DNA of 63,504 nucleotides, counting the filler, from Octopus bimaculoides (taxonomy: Eukaryota), in assembly GCF_001194135.2 (NCBI RefSeq). It is 6 parts of 6 records of this genome, joined end to end, with 100 filler letters (N's around TTAATTAATTAA, not from the genome) between each part and the next. Parts side by side here need not be neighbours in the genome. Positions count along the whole stretch, not along the records: positions 1 to 6,525 come from NC_068999.1; positions 6,626 to 23,485 come from NC_068982.1; 4 more parts are not named here. One strand, 5' to 3'. Both the position numbers and the translations under genes were made by a program. Below the pieces are notes generated by a model. The model made no database searches and was not told where the DNA came from. It saw only the letters and a list, made by a program, of their open reading frames with translations. How positions within the stretch are numbered: position 1 is the first letter of the stretch; each line of letters opens with the position of its first letter. Below are positions 1 through 13,519 of this stretch, in pieces.

Positions 1-451
1 AATAATAATAATAATAATATTTATTTTTATTATTATTATGTAATTTTTTATAGTAGCCCTTAGCACCACCATCGCAACCAGCACCACTACAACCATCATC
101 ATCATCATCATCATCATCATCCTCCTCCTCATCATCATCATCGGCATCATGATCAACTTCATCACAGCCCAATTTAATAATTTTCGTTTTTGCTTCAAAC
201 ACTTAACTCCGCCTACCTCTCACCCCCACCCAACCCCCGCCACTCCTCGCACAGTTTGCTGCTTCGATACATTCTCCAAGAACCCTGAAGAATGAATTAT
301 AGCATCTTGCTTCAACCGTCATCTTTGGAATCGAATGCTACCAATGTTTGGAGAGAGTTCTATGGTTTCTATTGATTGAAGTTTCTCGCGTCCATTGCTG
401 GCACAAACCGCATGTGAGAAGGTGTAACGGAGGGAAAGGGGTATCATTCAG

Positions 452-466
452 GCAACGACAGCGATG

Positions 467-498
<32 letters not shown>

Positions 499-895
499 GA
501 TGATGATGCTGACGATGATGATGATGATGTTGACGATGATGATGTTGACGACGACGATGATGACAATGATGACGTTGATGTTTATGATATTGATGGCGTT
601 GATGGTGATGATTATGATGATGATCATGATAATGATGATGCAGTTGATGACGAGAATGGTGATGATGATTATGGTGATGATGGTGATGGTGACGATGATG
701 ATGATGGTGATGATGACGATGATGATGATGGAGATAATGATGGCGGTGAAGATGATGATGGAGATGAGGGTGATGATGATGGGGGAAAAGTTGATGATGA
801 TGACGATGATTATGATGGTAGTGATGATGATGAAGATGACGATGATGATGATGATGATGGTGGTGATGGTGGTGGTGGTGATGACGACGACGATG
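452..895 (+). repeat. Degenerate (GAT/GGT)n trinucleotide microsatellite; complementary (CAT)n tracts at ~93-170 and ~1586-1680
   Basis: Directly visible repeat; accounts for the poly-Met and poly-Ile ORFs in the track. Confidence 0.95.
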
Positions 896-2000
896 GTGTC
901 GAAGGCGTCGATGAAGACGAATTTTTTGGTGCTGCTGCTGTCTTCGGTAACAGGTTGTGATGCAGGTTGTGCCTGGTGTACCCTTATGAGACGGGTAGTC
1001 ATGGTTTCTGATCTTAACTGATTGGAAGTGTTATCATGTACATTGTTTTGTCTTGGTATTCTGGTCAATACCACAGATTTGCTTGATCATAACAAGTTGA
1101 GCATGTCCCTTGGTGGCTGACGATATGTGCATATCTGATCATGAGCAGAAGTAGTGGGGGTGCATTATAGCCATGTGTTGAGAGGAATTCTTTGGGGTTT
1201 GACTAATTTCCTTCTGGAAACATGGGTGCTTCGATTTACATCTTAAAACAACTATTATTCAGGGAACATTTGGAGCGGGATGGGCTACTCTACCTGAAGA
1301 AATTTCAAACTGGGCCCCTACCTGCAGGGTCATGTCGCGCACAAATGGTTGTGGTGCATGTGACCGGTGTACACTTACCAGACGGGTAGTCATGACGAGT
1401 ATACTGGGCTTGGTATATTTTATTCTAGTATCACTTTGATGGCATGCACTACACTCACACTTCATAACAACAAGATTAACAACAACAGTCCATGTTGAAG
1501 TGAATCATAGAAGTAGGTCTCTTTTCTCTTGTATTTGATTCCCCATCCTTGCAATTAGGTCTTAAATTTCAGGTAAATAAATCTTACCACTACCACCATC
1601 ATCATCACCACCATCCTCTTCATCAACTTCATCATCATCAATACCATCGTCGTCATCGTCGTGGTCATTGTTGTCAACAGTATCAACATCTCCCTGATAA
1701 GCATAGATAACAGCAGAGACTTTTAATGTGTACACTGCGGCGTGGAATCCATATTAGGGACCAGAAAAATCCCAATAAAATGTCCAATATTAATCAGGTG
1801 AATAAATAGATGCAGCTATACAAACAGCTGTTTTGTACCTGTCAATAGAATCAGAAGCGAATGATTATCATAATAATAATGACACGTCACATTTCATCAA
1901 CAGATTGTTTGCACAGGCAAGATGGCGAATCTAACGTGACACGCTGTGGCACACTAGCAGCTCATCTCTTTCGCATACATACATACATGCATACATACAT

Positions 2001-2050
<50 letters not shown>

Positions 2051-2352
2051 NNNNNNNNNNNNNNNNNNNNNNNNNNNNNNNNNNNNNNNNNNNNNNNNNN
2101 NNNNNNNNNNNNNNNNNNNNNNNNNNNNNNNNNNNNNNNNNNNNNNNNNNNNNNNNNNNNNNNNNNNNNNNNNNNNNNNNNNNNNNNNNNNNNNNNNNNN
2201 NNNNNNNNNNNNNNNNNNNNNNNNNNNNNNNNNNNNNNNNNNNNNNNNNNNNNNNNNNNNNNNNNNNNNNNNNNNNNNNNNNNNNNNNNNNNNNNNNNNN
2301 NNNNNNNNNNNNNNNNNNNNNNNNNNNNNNNNNNNNNNNNNNNNNNNNNNNN

Positions 2353-2389
<37 letters not shown>

Positions 2390-2786
2390 CACACATATCC
2401 ATATATTCATATATACACGTCTCTGTCTGTCTCTTTCTCTCTCTATCTATGTATCGATCTATTTCTCTATCTACCTATCTATCTATCTGTATATGTCGCA
2501 CACACGTTCAAATCACGCACGCACCCACACGCCCGCACACACACACATACACATTCTTCTCAGACGCCAACAATTGAGAACGCTCCTGAGTGTACCCCAG
2601 CAATATCTACTGCATTATTGCACGTGAAAACGCTTAACAATGAATTTTCTAATGCTTCATAAACCGACTTAACTTTACTAATTCCGTTCTCCCACCAATT
2701 ATTTTATCTCTGTCCGATAAAGTTTTCTGCTAAACATTTTAGTTCTCTCTCTCTCTCTTCATTTCGGCAATAATTTATGCACCAAA

Positions 2787-3003
2787 AGAAGGCGAGCTGG
2801 TAGAAACGTTAGCACGCCGGGTGAAATGCTTAGTGGTATTTCGTCTGCCACTACGTTCTGAGTTCAAATTCCGCCAAGGTCGACTTTGCCTTTCATCCTT
2901 TCGGGCTCGATAAATTAACTTCCAGTTGCGTACTGGGGTCGATTTAATCGACTGGCCTTCTCCCACAAAATTTCGGGCCGTGTGCCTAGAGTAGAAAAGA
3001 ATT
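2787..3003 (+). mobile_element. Full-length octopus tRNA-derived SINE (family 1, central GCCTTTCATCCTTTCGGGGTCGATAAA, Meta-domain-like) with 14-bp TSD
   Basis: A-box/B-box-like head (GGCGAGCTGG...GAGTTCAAATTCC), tail GTAGAAAAGAAT; TSD ATTTATGCACCAAA at 2773-2786 and 3004-3017; a second truncated head follows at ~3018-3045. Family naming is from memory. Confidence 0.9.
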
Positions 3004-3947
3004 ATTTATGCACCAAAGGCGGCAAGCTGGCGGAATCGTTAACTGCAGCATGGCCGTACACAAGTGACTGAATCCAATATAAGATAAACTGTAAGTAGGT
3101 ACAAAATATACACAGCCAGCTACAAGCAGTAATGTTATTTAAAATGTCACATCTTTAATTATCCAGATAAACATATGTTTGTCGTTGTAGAATAAGGAAA
3201 ATATATATATTTTATACTAGGAATAACTCTGATGATTTCACGGTTATTTTGAAAGCTATAAGATGGTTGGAAATCTATAGCGTACAAGAAAAAAATTAAT
3301 ATGTATTTTGAAGTTGTAGTTTGTTTGAAAATGGTTTTAAAAACTGAATGTTTAGTCTTAGAAAACAACATATCTGACAGCTGTATTCTTTGTTAAACAA
3401 GTATAACCTTTTCTGCATCCAGTGTTGTTATCTCTCGTTTTTATATTTCACGATATAACTAGAAGGAAACAATGTCGAGTATGGAACGAAATGAAAGACA
3501 TAATTTATTCATAACGTTATTTGTCAATAGTAAAAACGAAGCTGGTAAAGAAAGCCTCAACAAATCTTATTCATATTCATATGGAAAAAAAAAACATGAA
3601 CACAAACCTAGGGAAGGAAGTATATGTACATACATCCATACACAACTACGTGTGTGTGTGTGTGTGATTATGTCATTATGAGTTTATCAATCGTTATATA
3701 TATAAACATTCTCCTGCTGAGGTGAATTAAGGCTCTTGAAAGAAATCGAAATCATGGTTCAAGTATATCTGTTACTATATTCTACGGCTTTTTAGCTGTG
3801 AAAATATATAAAATTCCACTCGTTTGCCCGATTTCTGTTGGTCCGTTATATATTTCCAGCAAGATTGGTGGTTAAGTTTGAGGTATTTACTTCCTCTCTT
3901 TAGCAAGCTGGAGCTTCGTGTAACCTTCAATATAATTATGCATTTAA

Positions 3948-4165
3948 GGCGGCGAGCTGGCAGAAACGTTAGCACGCCGGGCGAAGTGCTTAGCGGTATT
4001 TCGTCTATCGTTACATTCTGAGTTCAAATTCCGCCGAGGACGACTGTAACTTTCATCCTTTCGGGGTCGATTAAATAAGTACCAGTCACGGACTGGAGTC
4101 GATATAATCGATTTAATCCGTTTTTTCCCTCTGTATGTAGCCCGTCGTGGGTAGTAAATAAATAA
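3948..4165 (+). mobile_element. SINE family 1 copy with variant tail
   Basis: Same head and central domain as 2787-3003. Confidence 0.85.
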
Positions 4166-4184
4166 CACACATATATATACGCGG

Positions 4185-4395
<211 letters not shown>

Positions 4396-5104
4396 TGTAC
4401 GAAAGCAGTCTTATGCAACTTGATAAATTCCAAATCTAGCAGTTGATATAAAATACTATCTGGATAGTTGAACGACTTAGTTATGCAAAGGCTGAAAGCT
4501 TGAAAAATGTGCAATTAAAATTAATCCGGCGCTACAACCCGGATATTAAACCGAGATATTGTGTTGGCATGCCAGTAGATGCTATAGTGAAATAAACCTT
4601 ACAAGGGAGCCAGCACTTGTCGGATCTCCAAGCAGTAGATAGGTGAAAATGGAGGCTGTCAGCTTGTTTATGCATGCATCGCAGCGGGGCTAGATTCTGT
4701 CTATTTTACATGTTCACTTAACACATTCATATGCAAACGCGAGCGCACAAGTGCACACATGCACACACACCATGAAACAACTTGAACACACAAACATGTG
4801 TGAAGACGCACACAAAGTACATACACACACACGCAGCCAGTTCACATGCATAGGTTGCTTAGAGTTAACTCGTCACAAACAGTTGCTCTGATTATGTAGC
4901 TGATGATTTTCATACGATCGTGCAGAATGGAACATGGAATATGATTTAAATTTCACAGAAGCTTTTAAATGTAACAAGCAGTAGCTTGTTAATTGAAAAT
5001 TACAACGAAAAATAACTATCTGTCTGTCCATTCAGTCATCCATTCATCCATCCATCCATCCATGTATGTATGTATGTATGTATGCATGTATGTATGTACG
5101 CACG

Positions 5105-5159
<55 letters not shown>

Positions 5160-5162
5160 ACA

Positions 5163-5198
<36 letters not shown>

Positions 5199-6390
5199 TA
5201 TATGTGTGTGTNNNNNNNNNNNNNNNNNNNNNNNNNNNNNNNNNNNNNNNNNNNNNNNNNNNNNNNNNNNNNNNNNNNNNNNNNNNNNNNNNNNNNNNNN
5301 NNNNNNNNNNNNNNNNNNNNNNNNNNNNNNNNNNNNNNNNNNNNNNNNNNNNNNNNNNNNNNNNNNNNNNNNNNNNNNNNNNNNNNNNNNNNNNNNNNNN
5401 NNNNNNNNNNNNNNNNNNNNNNNNNNNNNNNNNNNNNNNNNNNNNNNNNNNNNNNNNNNNNNNNNNNNNNNNNNNNNNNNNNNNNNNNNNNNNNNNNNNN
5501 NNNNNNNNNNNNNNNNNNNNNNNNNNNNNNNNNNNNNNNNNNNNNNNNNNNNNNNNNNNNNNNNNNNNNNNNNNNNNNNNNNNNNNNNNNNNATATATAT
5601 ATATATATATATATACATATATGCATGCAATAAGCATATATACATACATAGATTCACACGTGTATATGAATCTATGGATGCATGCACCTGAGATTACGAC
5701 AATGGTAGGTGTCATGACAAGGAACATTGATAAAGCGATAAAACATTCCTTTAGAAGCAAGTTTGATACTGAAACTCTACGCATTGTTGATATTTCTCAA
5801 GCTAATCACTAATCTTTATCTACAATGACATGTTTTCTTCGCCATTAATCGGTTGAAGCCTGTATTAAGCTGGAGACGATAGCTCGTAAAATTGCGTAAT
5901 CTCTTTCTAATGTCACGATACCCTTTCTTAACAATGATTCCATAACTTTAGCTATAAATAATCTCAGATTTTGCAAAAGAACTGTGACTGAGTGGTACGA
6001 TGCGTTAGCGTACCCTATGTTTGGTACTTCTGCTTATTCTCAGAGAGCCCGGAAGAATTAGTTTGAACTTTAATACTGCGTATTCTCTTCAAGTATTGAC
6101 AGCAGACAGCAGCCATGTTGACACACCTCTTGAAAATGGTTTTAGTCGAGAAGAATCGATCCCAAGACATTACATTTATTCTTTCGGAATACGGTGCTTT
6201 ATTTTTTTTTGGTCTTAATGTTTTTGCTGAAGCACTAACAAAACACTGGTTATCAAGCGACTTGGGACAGACACAAAGACACACACACACACACACACAG
6301 ACACACACACACACACAAACACACACACAAACACACACACGCACACGCACACGCTAAGACGTCTTTTTCTCACCTCTGTCTGTCTGTCTG

Positions 6391-6426
<36 letters not shown>

Positions 6427-6525
6427 CATCATCATCATCACCATCATCACATCATCACCATCATCATCAATATCAACGTCGTCATCATAACTGTTGTTGG
6501 CGTCCTCAACGTCGACGTCATCAGT

Positions 6526-6625
6526 NNNNNNNNNNNNNNNNNNNNNNNNNNNNNNNNNNNNNNNNNNNNTTAATTAATTAANNNNNNNNNNNNNNNNNNN
6601 NNNNNNNNNNNNNNNNNNNNNNNNN
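6526..6625. other. Artificial scaffold-joining linker (44N-TTAATTAATTAA-44N)
   Basis: Six-frame-stop 12-mer at 6570-6581 centred in exactly 100 bp. Confidence 0.95.
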
Positions 6626-6674
<49 letters not shown>

Positions 6675-7019
6675 CACATACACACACAAATATACATACA
6701 TAAGCAATCAGTTTATTTTATATCGTCTGTTTGTTTGTTTTTATGCTTCATTGTATTATTAGTAAAAAAAGTTACATATAATGCTAGTACAATATATGAT
6801 ATATCATTTTTTATCAATATATTAGTTATATAATACTAATTCCCTCCAGCTTTTACTACTATTGTCATTTAGAATCCTGTACCGATGGACATCATCTTCG
6901 TTAAATTGTTGATATGTTCGATAGCACACGTGCATGGACAAATATCATATTTTTATTCAGACTATATTGGTAGATACGAGAAGCTCGTATCTTTTCATTG
7001 TATTCTCAAAAATACTTAC

Positions 7020-7137
7020 CGAACCTTGTCAGCCATGCTTCCGGCTGCACTTCCCATATTCCTATATAGATTATTGGGATAATTTCTACGTATGCGCACT
7101 TCACGACGTATGCTACAACCTTAGGTTTAGAAATTGT
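7020..7137 (-). CDS. Putative start-codon exon of an unidentified gene (MGSAAGSMADKV..., phase-2 donor)
   Basis: Minus strand: acceptor ...CTCTACAG at 7138, donor GTAAGT at 7019; two in-frame ATGs (7057, 7036), both with A at -3 and G at +4, and an in-frame upstream stop; an upstream GTAAGT donor at 7252 gives a 115-bp intron. No product recognised. Confidence 0.35.
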
Positions 7138-8499
7138 CTGTAGAGTGGATAGCAAAATCTGCAATACTTTGTTTTTGTACATAGTCACGTGGGAAAAGGG
7201 TGTTTTCTTTTATCCAATCGACATTTTTCTTGATTTTTTTCTGGTAACTTACCTATCTTGTAAACCTTCTTTTATTCAGTAAGTGGGTTTGTTCCCGGGT
7301 CAACGTCAAAGCATTGCACTCAGGACTTTTGTGGTTGTAACACAAAACTAATTTGCTTCGTTTATATTCCAACTTTTCTACCGTTCTCTCCGGATGAGGC
7401 ACGCATTAATATGATTTACATCTTTTTTTTTTTAGTTTTTCTTGTGAGAACTACACTCAAGTTGGGCGACTAGACTTTGAAGTTTTACATTTTATACGTT
7501 AGATTAATACACGTTAAACTGAGAGATGAATTGTGCGGAAGCATTAGTAATGTCACTGCTTCTATTAACAAACTTCTCATTCCAATACTGGGGAAAATGG
7601 GCGACTACTGTCGCTTAACACTCATCCACGAGTGAACGTGTTTTTTTTTTATATGTCCATTTATATATACATAATAATAGTTAATCTATATTGGCTTCAG
7701 CTGTTGCTTTTCTTTTAATTTACCTGTTTCTAACATATGTATAGAAAGAGATTTTCCCAATATGTTATCCTGTCTCCCACTTTGCCTACAATCATGCTTA
7801 TAGATATATAATTGATATCTCTCTCTCTCTCCCTCTCTCTTCCTATATATNNNNNNNNNNNNNNNNNNNNNNNNNNNNNNNNNNNNNNNNNNNNNNNNNN
7901 NNNNNNNNNNNNNNNNNNNNNNNNNNNNNNNNNNNNNNNNNNNNNNNNNNNNNNNNNNNNNNNNNNNNNNNNNNNNNNNNNNNNNNNNNNNNNNNNNNNN
8001 NNNNNNNNNNNNNNNNNNNNNNNNNNNNNNNNNNNNNNNNNNNNNNNNNNNNNNNNNNNNNNNNNNNNNNNNNNNNNNNNNNNNNNNNNNNNNNNNNNNN
8101 NNNNNNNNNNNNNNNNNNNNNNNNNNNNNNNNNNNNNNNNNNNNNNNNNNNNNNNNNNNNNNNNNNNNNNNNNNNNNNNNNNNNNNNNNNNNNNNNNNNN
8201 NNNNNNNNNNNNNNNNNNNNNNNNNNNNNNNNNNNNNNNNNNNNNNNNNNNNNNNNNNNNNNNNNNNNNNNNNNNNNNNNNNNNNNNNNNNNNNNNNNNN
8301 NNNNNNNNNNNNNNNNNNNNNNNNNNNNNNNNNNNNNNNNNNNNNNNNNNNNNNNNNNNNNNNNNNNNNNNNNNNNNNNNNNNNNNNNNNNNNNNNNNNN
8401 NNNNNNNNNNNNNNNNNNNNNNNNNNNNNNNNNNNNNNNNNNNNNNNNNNNNNNNNNNNNNNNNNNNNNNNNNNNNNNNNNNNNNNNNNNNNNNNNNNN

Positions 8500-8557
<58 letters not shown>

Positions 8558-11500
8558 AAGAAAGAGAGAGAGAGAGACAGAGAGAGAGAGACAGAGAGAG
8601 AGAGAGACAGAGAGAGAGAGAGAGACTGGGTACGATAGAGATGAAAAGGAATATTTATGCATCTGCCCATTCGATTGGGGCATCGCAGTTGAAGCCTTTG
8701 ATGAAATATCTATCTGAGTAGGACTAACCTTGGGCTAAACTAAAATAATACCAGCTTACCATGAATAGTTGCTTCAGATAAAAACCAAAACTGATATATA
8801 CACAATTGTAGTAATATAACTGCTCAGTTGAAGTGGACATTTTCTTCTGCTTGAATAAAGACAAATGCTTCAATGGGAAACTTCGAAATCTGCATTTTTT
8901 TCCACCATCTTATTTAATCACATTTGTACCCGTCGCTATGGTAGTGCATGTTATTTAGGTTACAATTTTAAACTGTTGTAATTTTCAGGCAACAATTTAC
9001 CATCATTCCTATTTTGCAAATGAAAGTATAAGTGGAACGAGCAATGAAAGAATATTTTGTCATATAAAATACATCTCTTGATATCGAATTTCAAGTGATG
9101 CCGCTTTGTTTCTTGGTTAAATTTCAGTCTTAGAATCATTGGAAGAATTACAAACATCAGAAACAGAGATACACATATGTATGTGAGTGTGTGTGTATGC
9201 GTAATGTCTGTATATGATGTATATTTTTCTGTGTTTCTTTGGTGGTGGTGGTGGAGTGTGTGCATCTAAATAGACAGACCTAGATTAAGAACTGCAGCAG
9301 AGATGTAATTATTTCTCTTCACAAACATTCTCAAATTTCAAGAGGTCATGCATATTTGCGGATGAAAGCATATAATGGGTATTGTGCGACATGAAAAGCA
9401 TTGCATTTCGTCATTTGTCAGAACCAAGATCGAATAATATATTACATCGACGTATGTTGAAATGGATTTATTTTATTGATATGCTTAATTCAACTAACAA
9501 GATTATTTCGCTAAGTCAAACCTACTCACCCATGATCTTATAAATGTCCTTTGGAAAAGTTTTATAAGATAGCTCTTTGCAAAAAACCAAATGGAAATGA
9601 TTTATTTATATACGACTAAATATGCACAATATAGATACACATAATTTAGAAACAAACAGTCACCCATGCATGCTCCCACACATATATGCATTTGTATTTG
9701 TATCTTATAAGTTAGTGCATGCGTTTTTGCATGGAATACGGATCTTGTGAAAGCTGTATGTTAGTGTGTGCGTGTGTATGTGTTCACGTATTGTTGATCT
9801 TGTATTTACTTAACTGAATGCACATATATGTAAACGATATATTTAATAATGCTGTGTGCATTTACATAGAAGTAACTGTTCTTTTATCAAAATTCCGATC
9901 GATTATGGATGATTCAAAGTAGCCATCTTCTGTATGATAGATATACAAATACAAATCTAAAACCAAAGATGCTAAAGTTAGATATCGTATCGATAACGTA
10001 GATAGAAAACTAACTTTTTGTTGTTGTTTTTTTAGTCTTTGTGATCCCTTGATATGGGCTCGTTATAATCTGGATATATGGACTCCTGCAATATAAAATA
10101 GAGCAATTTAAGAAACTTATATCTTAATATATACTATCGAACATCTCATCATTTGCATTTTATTGTTTCCACAAGTAATTTAAAAAATATTAAATGGAAA
10201 ACATCCTTATATTTTTATGAGTTAAATCAATTTCTGTTTTTTTGTTGCATAGTAATCGTTTCAGCGTCAATGTGTCGACCGACATATTCAATGTAGAAAT
10301 ATTCTAACGGGATAGATGACATGTAATACTTAGCTCTGTGCCTCGGTGAAGTGAACTCAAAGTCGGCCAAAATATGTTTTGGTTTCTTTACTCTGAGTTC
10401 TGAGGCTATCAAACACCAACTGCCAACATTTGTTTCCAACCCAACACAGTCGATATAGATAAGTGTCAGATTGTACACTAAGAACGGTACAGTCGACTTA
10501 GTCACATGCGGTGTTTTCTTATCTTGCAAAGTCTATAAGTTGGCTAAGTCCATACGTAGTTAGCCAACTTAGTTGCTTTACTGCTGTCCCTATGTTGGAA
10601 GGAGGCTATGTGATTGTCATTGCGACTTTTAAATTCTCCTTCATATAATCCAATACAGGTCTTCTTATCAGTTGTATTAATTATTTAGGGTTGTAGTAAC
10701 CTCTGCCTCATATATCATAGATTTAGTCATACATCGTTGGTCAAGCTCTTGCATGCATATGTATAAATATATTTTGAAGAAATGGAAAATTCCGCCTATT
10801 CCTGACTGACTTGATATCTTTCCAGCATTATCATTTAAGGTCTAATGAGGATAGCTCTTTTACCTTTTTACTTTTTATTTTTTACATTTTAGTTTTTGTA
10901 TTTTCGTTTTCCGTTTTTCGTTTTCCGTTGTTTGCTTTCTGCGTTTTCCATAAGTCGCCTTCTTAGTTTCTTCTGTTATTCAATTTATTTAGTTCGTTAT
11001 GTTATGTGGTTTACGCCTGAAGAATATGTCTGAGTTTTCTCAATATATGAAACAATTAGTAGCGCTTTAATATATGTATTGCAACCTTTAAATAAATAAT
11101 ATTTGTCTCACCGGATGGAGTACTTTTTTTTGTTGAATTTTCTATCACAGAACAGTACATTATATATATATATATATANNNNNNNNNNNNNNNNNNNNNN
11201 NNNNNNNNNNNNNNNNNNNNNNNNNNNNNNNNNNNNNNNNNNNNNNNNNNNNNNNNNNNNNNNNNNNNNNNNNNNNNNNNNNNNNNNNNNNNNNNNNNNN
11301 NNNNNNNNNNNNNNNNNNNNNNNNNNNNNNNNNNNNNNNNNNNNNNNNNNNNNNNNNNNNNNNNNNNNNNNNNNNNNNNNNNNNNNNNNNNNNNNNNNNN
11401 NNNNNNNNATATATATATATATAAATGTGTGTGGAGATATTTTGAACTAATATATTTCATTATCAAGTTTATGTACTTCTAATACTTTTGCAAGTTATCT

Positions 11501-12052
11501 TTCGTGGTAGATGCAATAAAATCTTCATACGTATAAGAATGCTAGAAAGAAAATGTTTGATATTCCTTCAGAAATACGTAATTTCCATTTTACAAGTAAT
11601 TATATTTGTTGAGAGCTAGATCATAGATTACCACATAACCAAAATTCTATTATTTACTTTCTGTCTTCAAATGTATTTTGTCTTGCATATTATAATTGTT
11701 CGCGGTTATATGAATATCAAATTCGCAAGAAATATCAAACTTTAATGTTTTCTTTTTTCTTTTGTATATGAAAATAATCTCAGAAGAAATATGGAATTAT
11801 CAATAAGAAATATGGAAACATAATTGTTTATTACAGTGAAAGTCAAAATATCTAGCGTTCTTTCAAGTTAGAAAATAGGTAGACGAGTAATTGACCATTC
11901 TTGTCGTGTTATATTCTGGATGAATAAATAACTCATCACGAACATCTGTTAACTCATTTTCCATTCATGGTTCTCCCAAACATTATAGTTTTGTCTGCAA
12001 GGACGAACCTGCACGTATGCTTTTCTACACACACTAACCCAGATAAATCATA

Positions 12053-12266
12053 TTCATTTCTACTCTAGGCACAAGGCCCAAAATTTTGGCGGGGAAGGGG
12101 GCAGTCGATTAGATGGACCCTAGTACGCAACTGGTACATAATATATCGACCCCGAAAGGATGAAAGGCAAAGTCGACCTCGGCGGACCTTGAAGTCAGAA
12201 CGGAAAGAGAATCGTAAATACCGCTAATCATTTCGCCCGGCGTGCTAACGTTTCTGCCAGCTCTCA
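12053..12266 (-). mobile_element. SINE family 1 copy
   Basis: Reverse complement of the 2787-3003 sequence. Confidence 0.85.
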
Positions 12267-12381
12267 TCGCCATACAGATAAATCATATTAACCTCCATAC
12301 ATGCAAGCATAAATACACACAGCTCTCTCTCTCTCTCTATCTTTTTCTTTCTTTCTTTCTCTCTCTCTCTCTTTATATATA

Positions 12382-13519
12382 CAAGGTGTTCAAAAAGTCT
12401 CTTCGTAGTATTTTATTGCAAAATAAATACTTATATGATGGTATAACAATACAAAAGAATATATTAGCCTTACAAGACTTTAAACAATTTTATAAAAGGT
12501 GTTGAAAGTGTCATCCTTCATCCTTCATTTTCTATACATAAGCTGACTCTTCTACACATGTTTTGAAATATATCTTGGAGAGTCTGACGCAGTATAGACC
12601 ATGTGAAGGTTATGATTGCGTCTTTTAGCTCATTAATGATTTTCGGGCGATTCTTGTACACTGTTGCTTTACTTGCTTCCCAGAAGAAAAATTCTGGTGA
12701 TGTTAAATCAGGTGACCTTGGTGGCCAAAGTCCTTTCGAAATAATCCATTCACCAAAAATCTCTTGAAGTAGCGCCATGGTGAAGCGCGAAGTATGCGCT
12801 GTAATTCCATCTTGATGAAAGTATGAATTATTAATTTCACTTTCAGTGAGTTGACCTACAAATGGATGGACAATATTTGAGCAATATCACTCGGTGTTGA
12901 TGGTGTCTTCAAAAACATATCGGTCCCATAATACGCTTTCTTGAAATTGCTATCCATACTGCAACATTTACGGGATGCAGAGGTTGCTCATGCGTCGCAT
13001 GTGGAATCTCAGTGCTCCATAACCTTATGTTTTGTAAATTTATGTGTCCAGACAGATGAAACGAAGCCTCGCCAGCGTAAAAACACCCATCCAGCACTTT
13101 TTCGGCAACACAGTTTTCAAACCAATGACAATAATGAAGCCTTTTAGCATGATCCGTAATGTTCAATTCTTGAGTGGTCAGCATTTTGTATGGAATGAAA
13201 TTTTATTTCCTTTTAACAGCCGTGTGAACGCTTCCTAGGCTGATTTCCGTTTCCTGTGACAATTTGCGTAAATCTTTGGCGGGCTTGCCAACAGATTATC
13301 AGAAACATTGGAGAGTATTTCGTCTGAAAGAACAGTAGGCCTACCGCTTCTTTCTGCGTCTTCCACTGAGCCTGTGTTTCTAAATTTTCTTATCAAATCC
13401 TGCACAGTGTCACAATCTGGAACAACAGTATTTGGAAAAGTTTCACTGAACTTCTGTTTCACAGTATCTGTGTATTTGTTTCTATATATATAAGGAAAGG
13501 CAGTGAGAAAGACATACAT
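12382..13519 (-). mobile_element. Decayed Tc1/mariner element (maT/rosa-like transposase pseudogene)
   Basis: Fragments: HTH region ...KFRNTGSVEDAERSGRP, (D>G)EASFHLSGHIN, FHQDG, WPPRSPDLTSPEFFFW, C-terminus ENEG-HFQHLL*; several stops/frameshifts; TA followed by TIR-like CAAGGTGTTCAAAAAGTCTC at 12382; second TIR not found. Confidence 0.9.

Noticed and set aside
418-1074. Poly-Met (464-1021), poly-Ile (448-1074) and an unlisted 181-codon Asp-rich frame (418-960) resembling acidic biomineral proteins
   Set aside because: All three follow automatically from a (GAT)n tract whose slippage preserves frame; the Asp frame has no start codon or convincing acceptor
5686-5784. Minus-strand signal-peptide-like MRRVSVSNLLLKECFIALSMFLVMTPTIVVISG
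   Set aside because: Weak donor (GTGCAT), no supporting exon; hydrophobic stretches are common in AT-rich DNA
6021-6218. Short + ORF behind a TTATTCTCAG acceptor-like site
   Set aside because: No recognisable domain or good donor
10227-10529. 100-codon non-repetitive minus-strand ORF
   Set aside because: No recognisable motif; a few ORFs this long are expected by chance in a window this size
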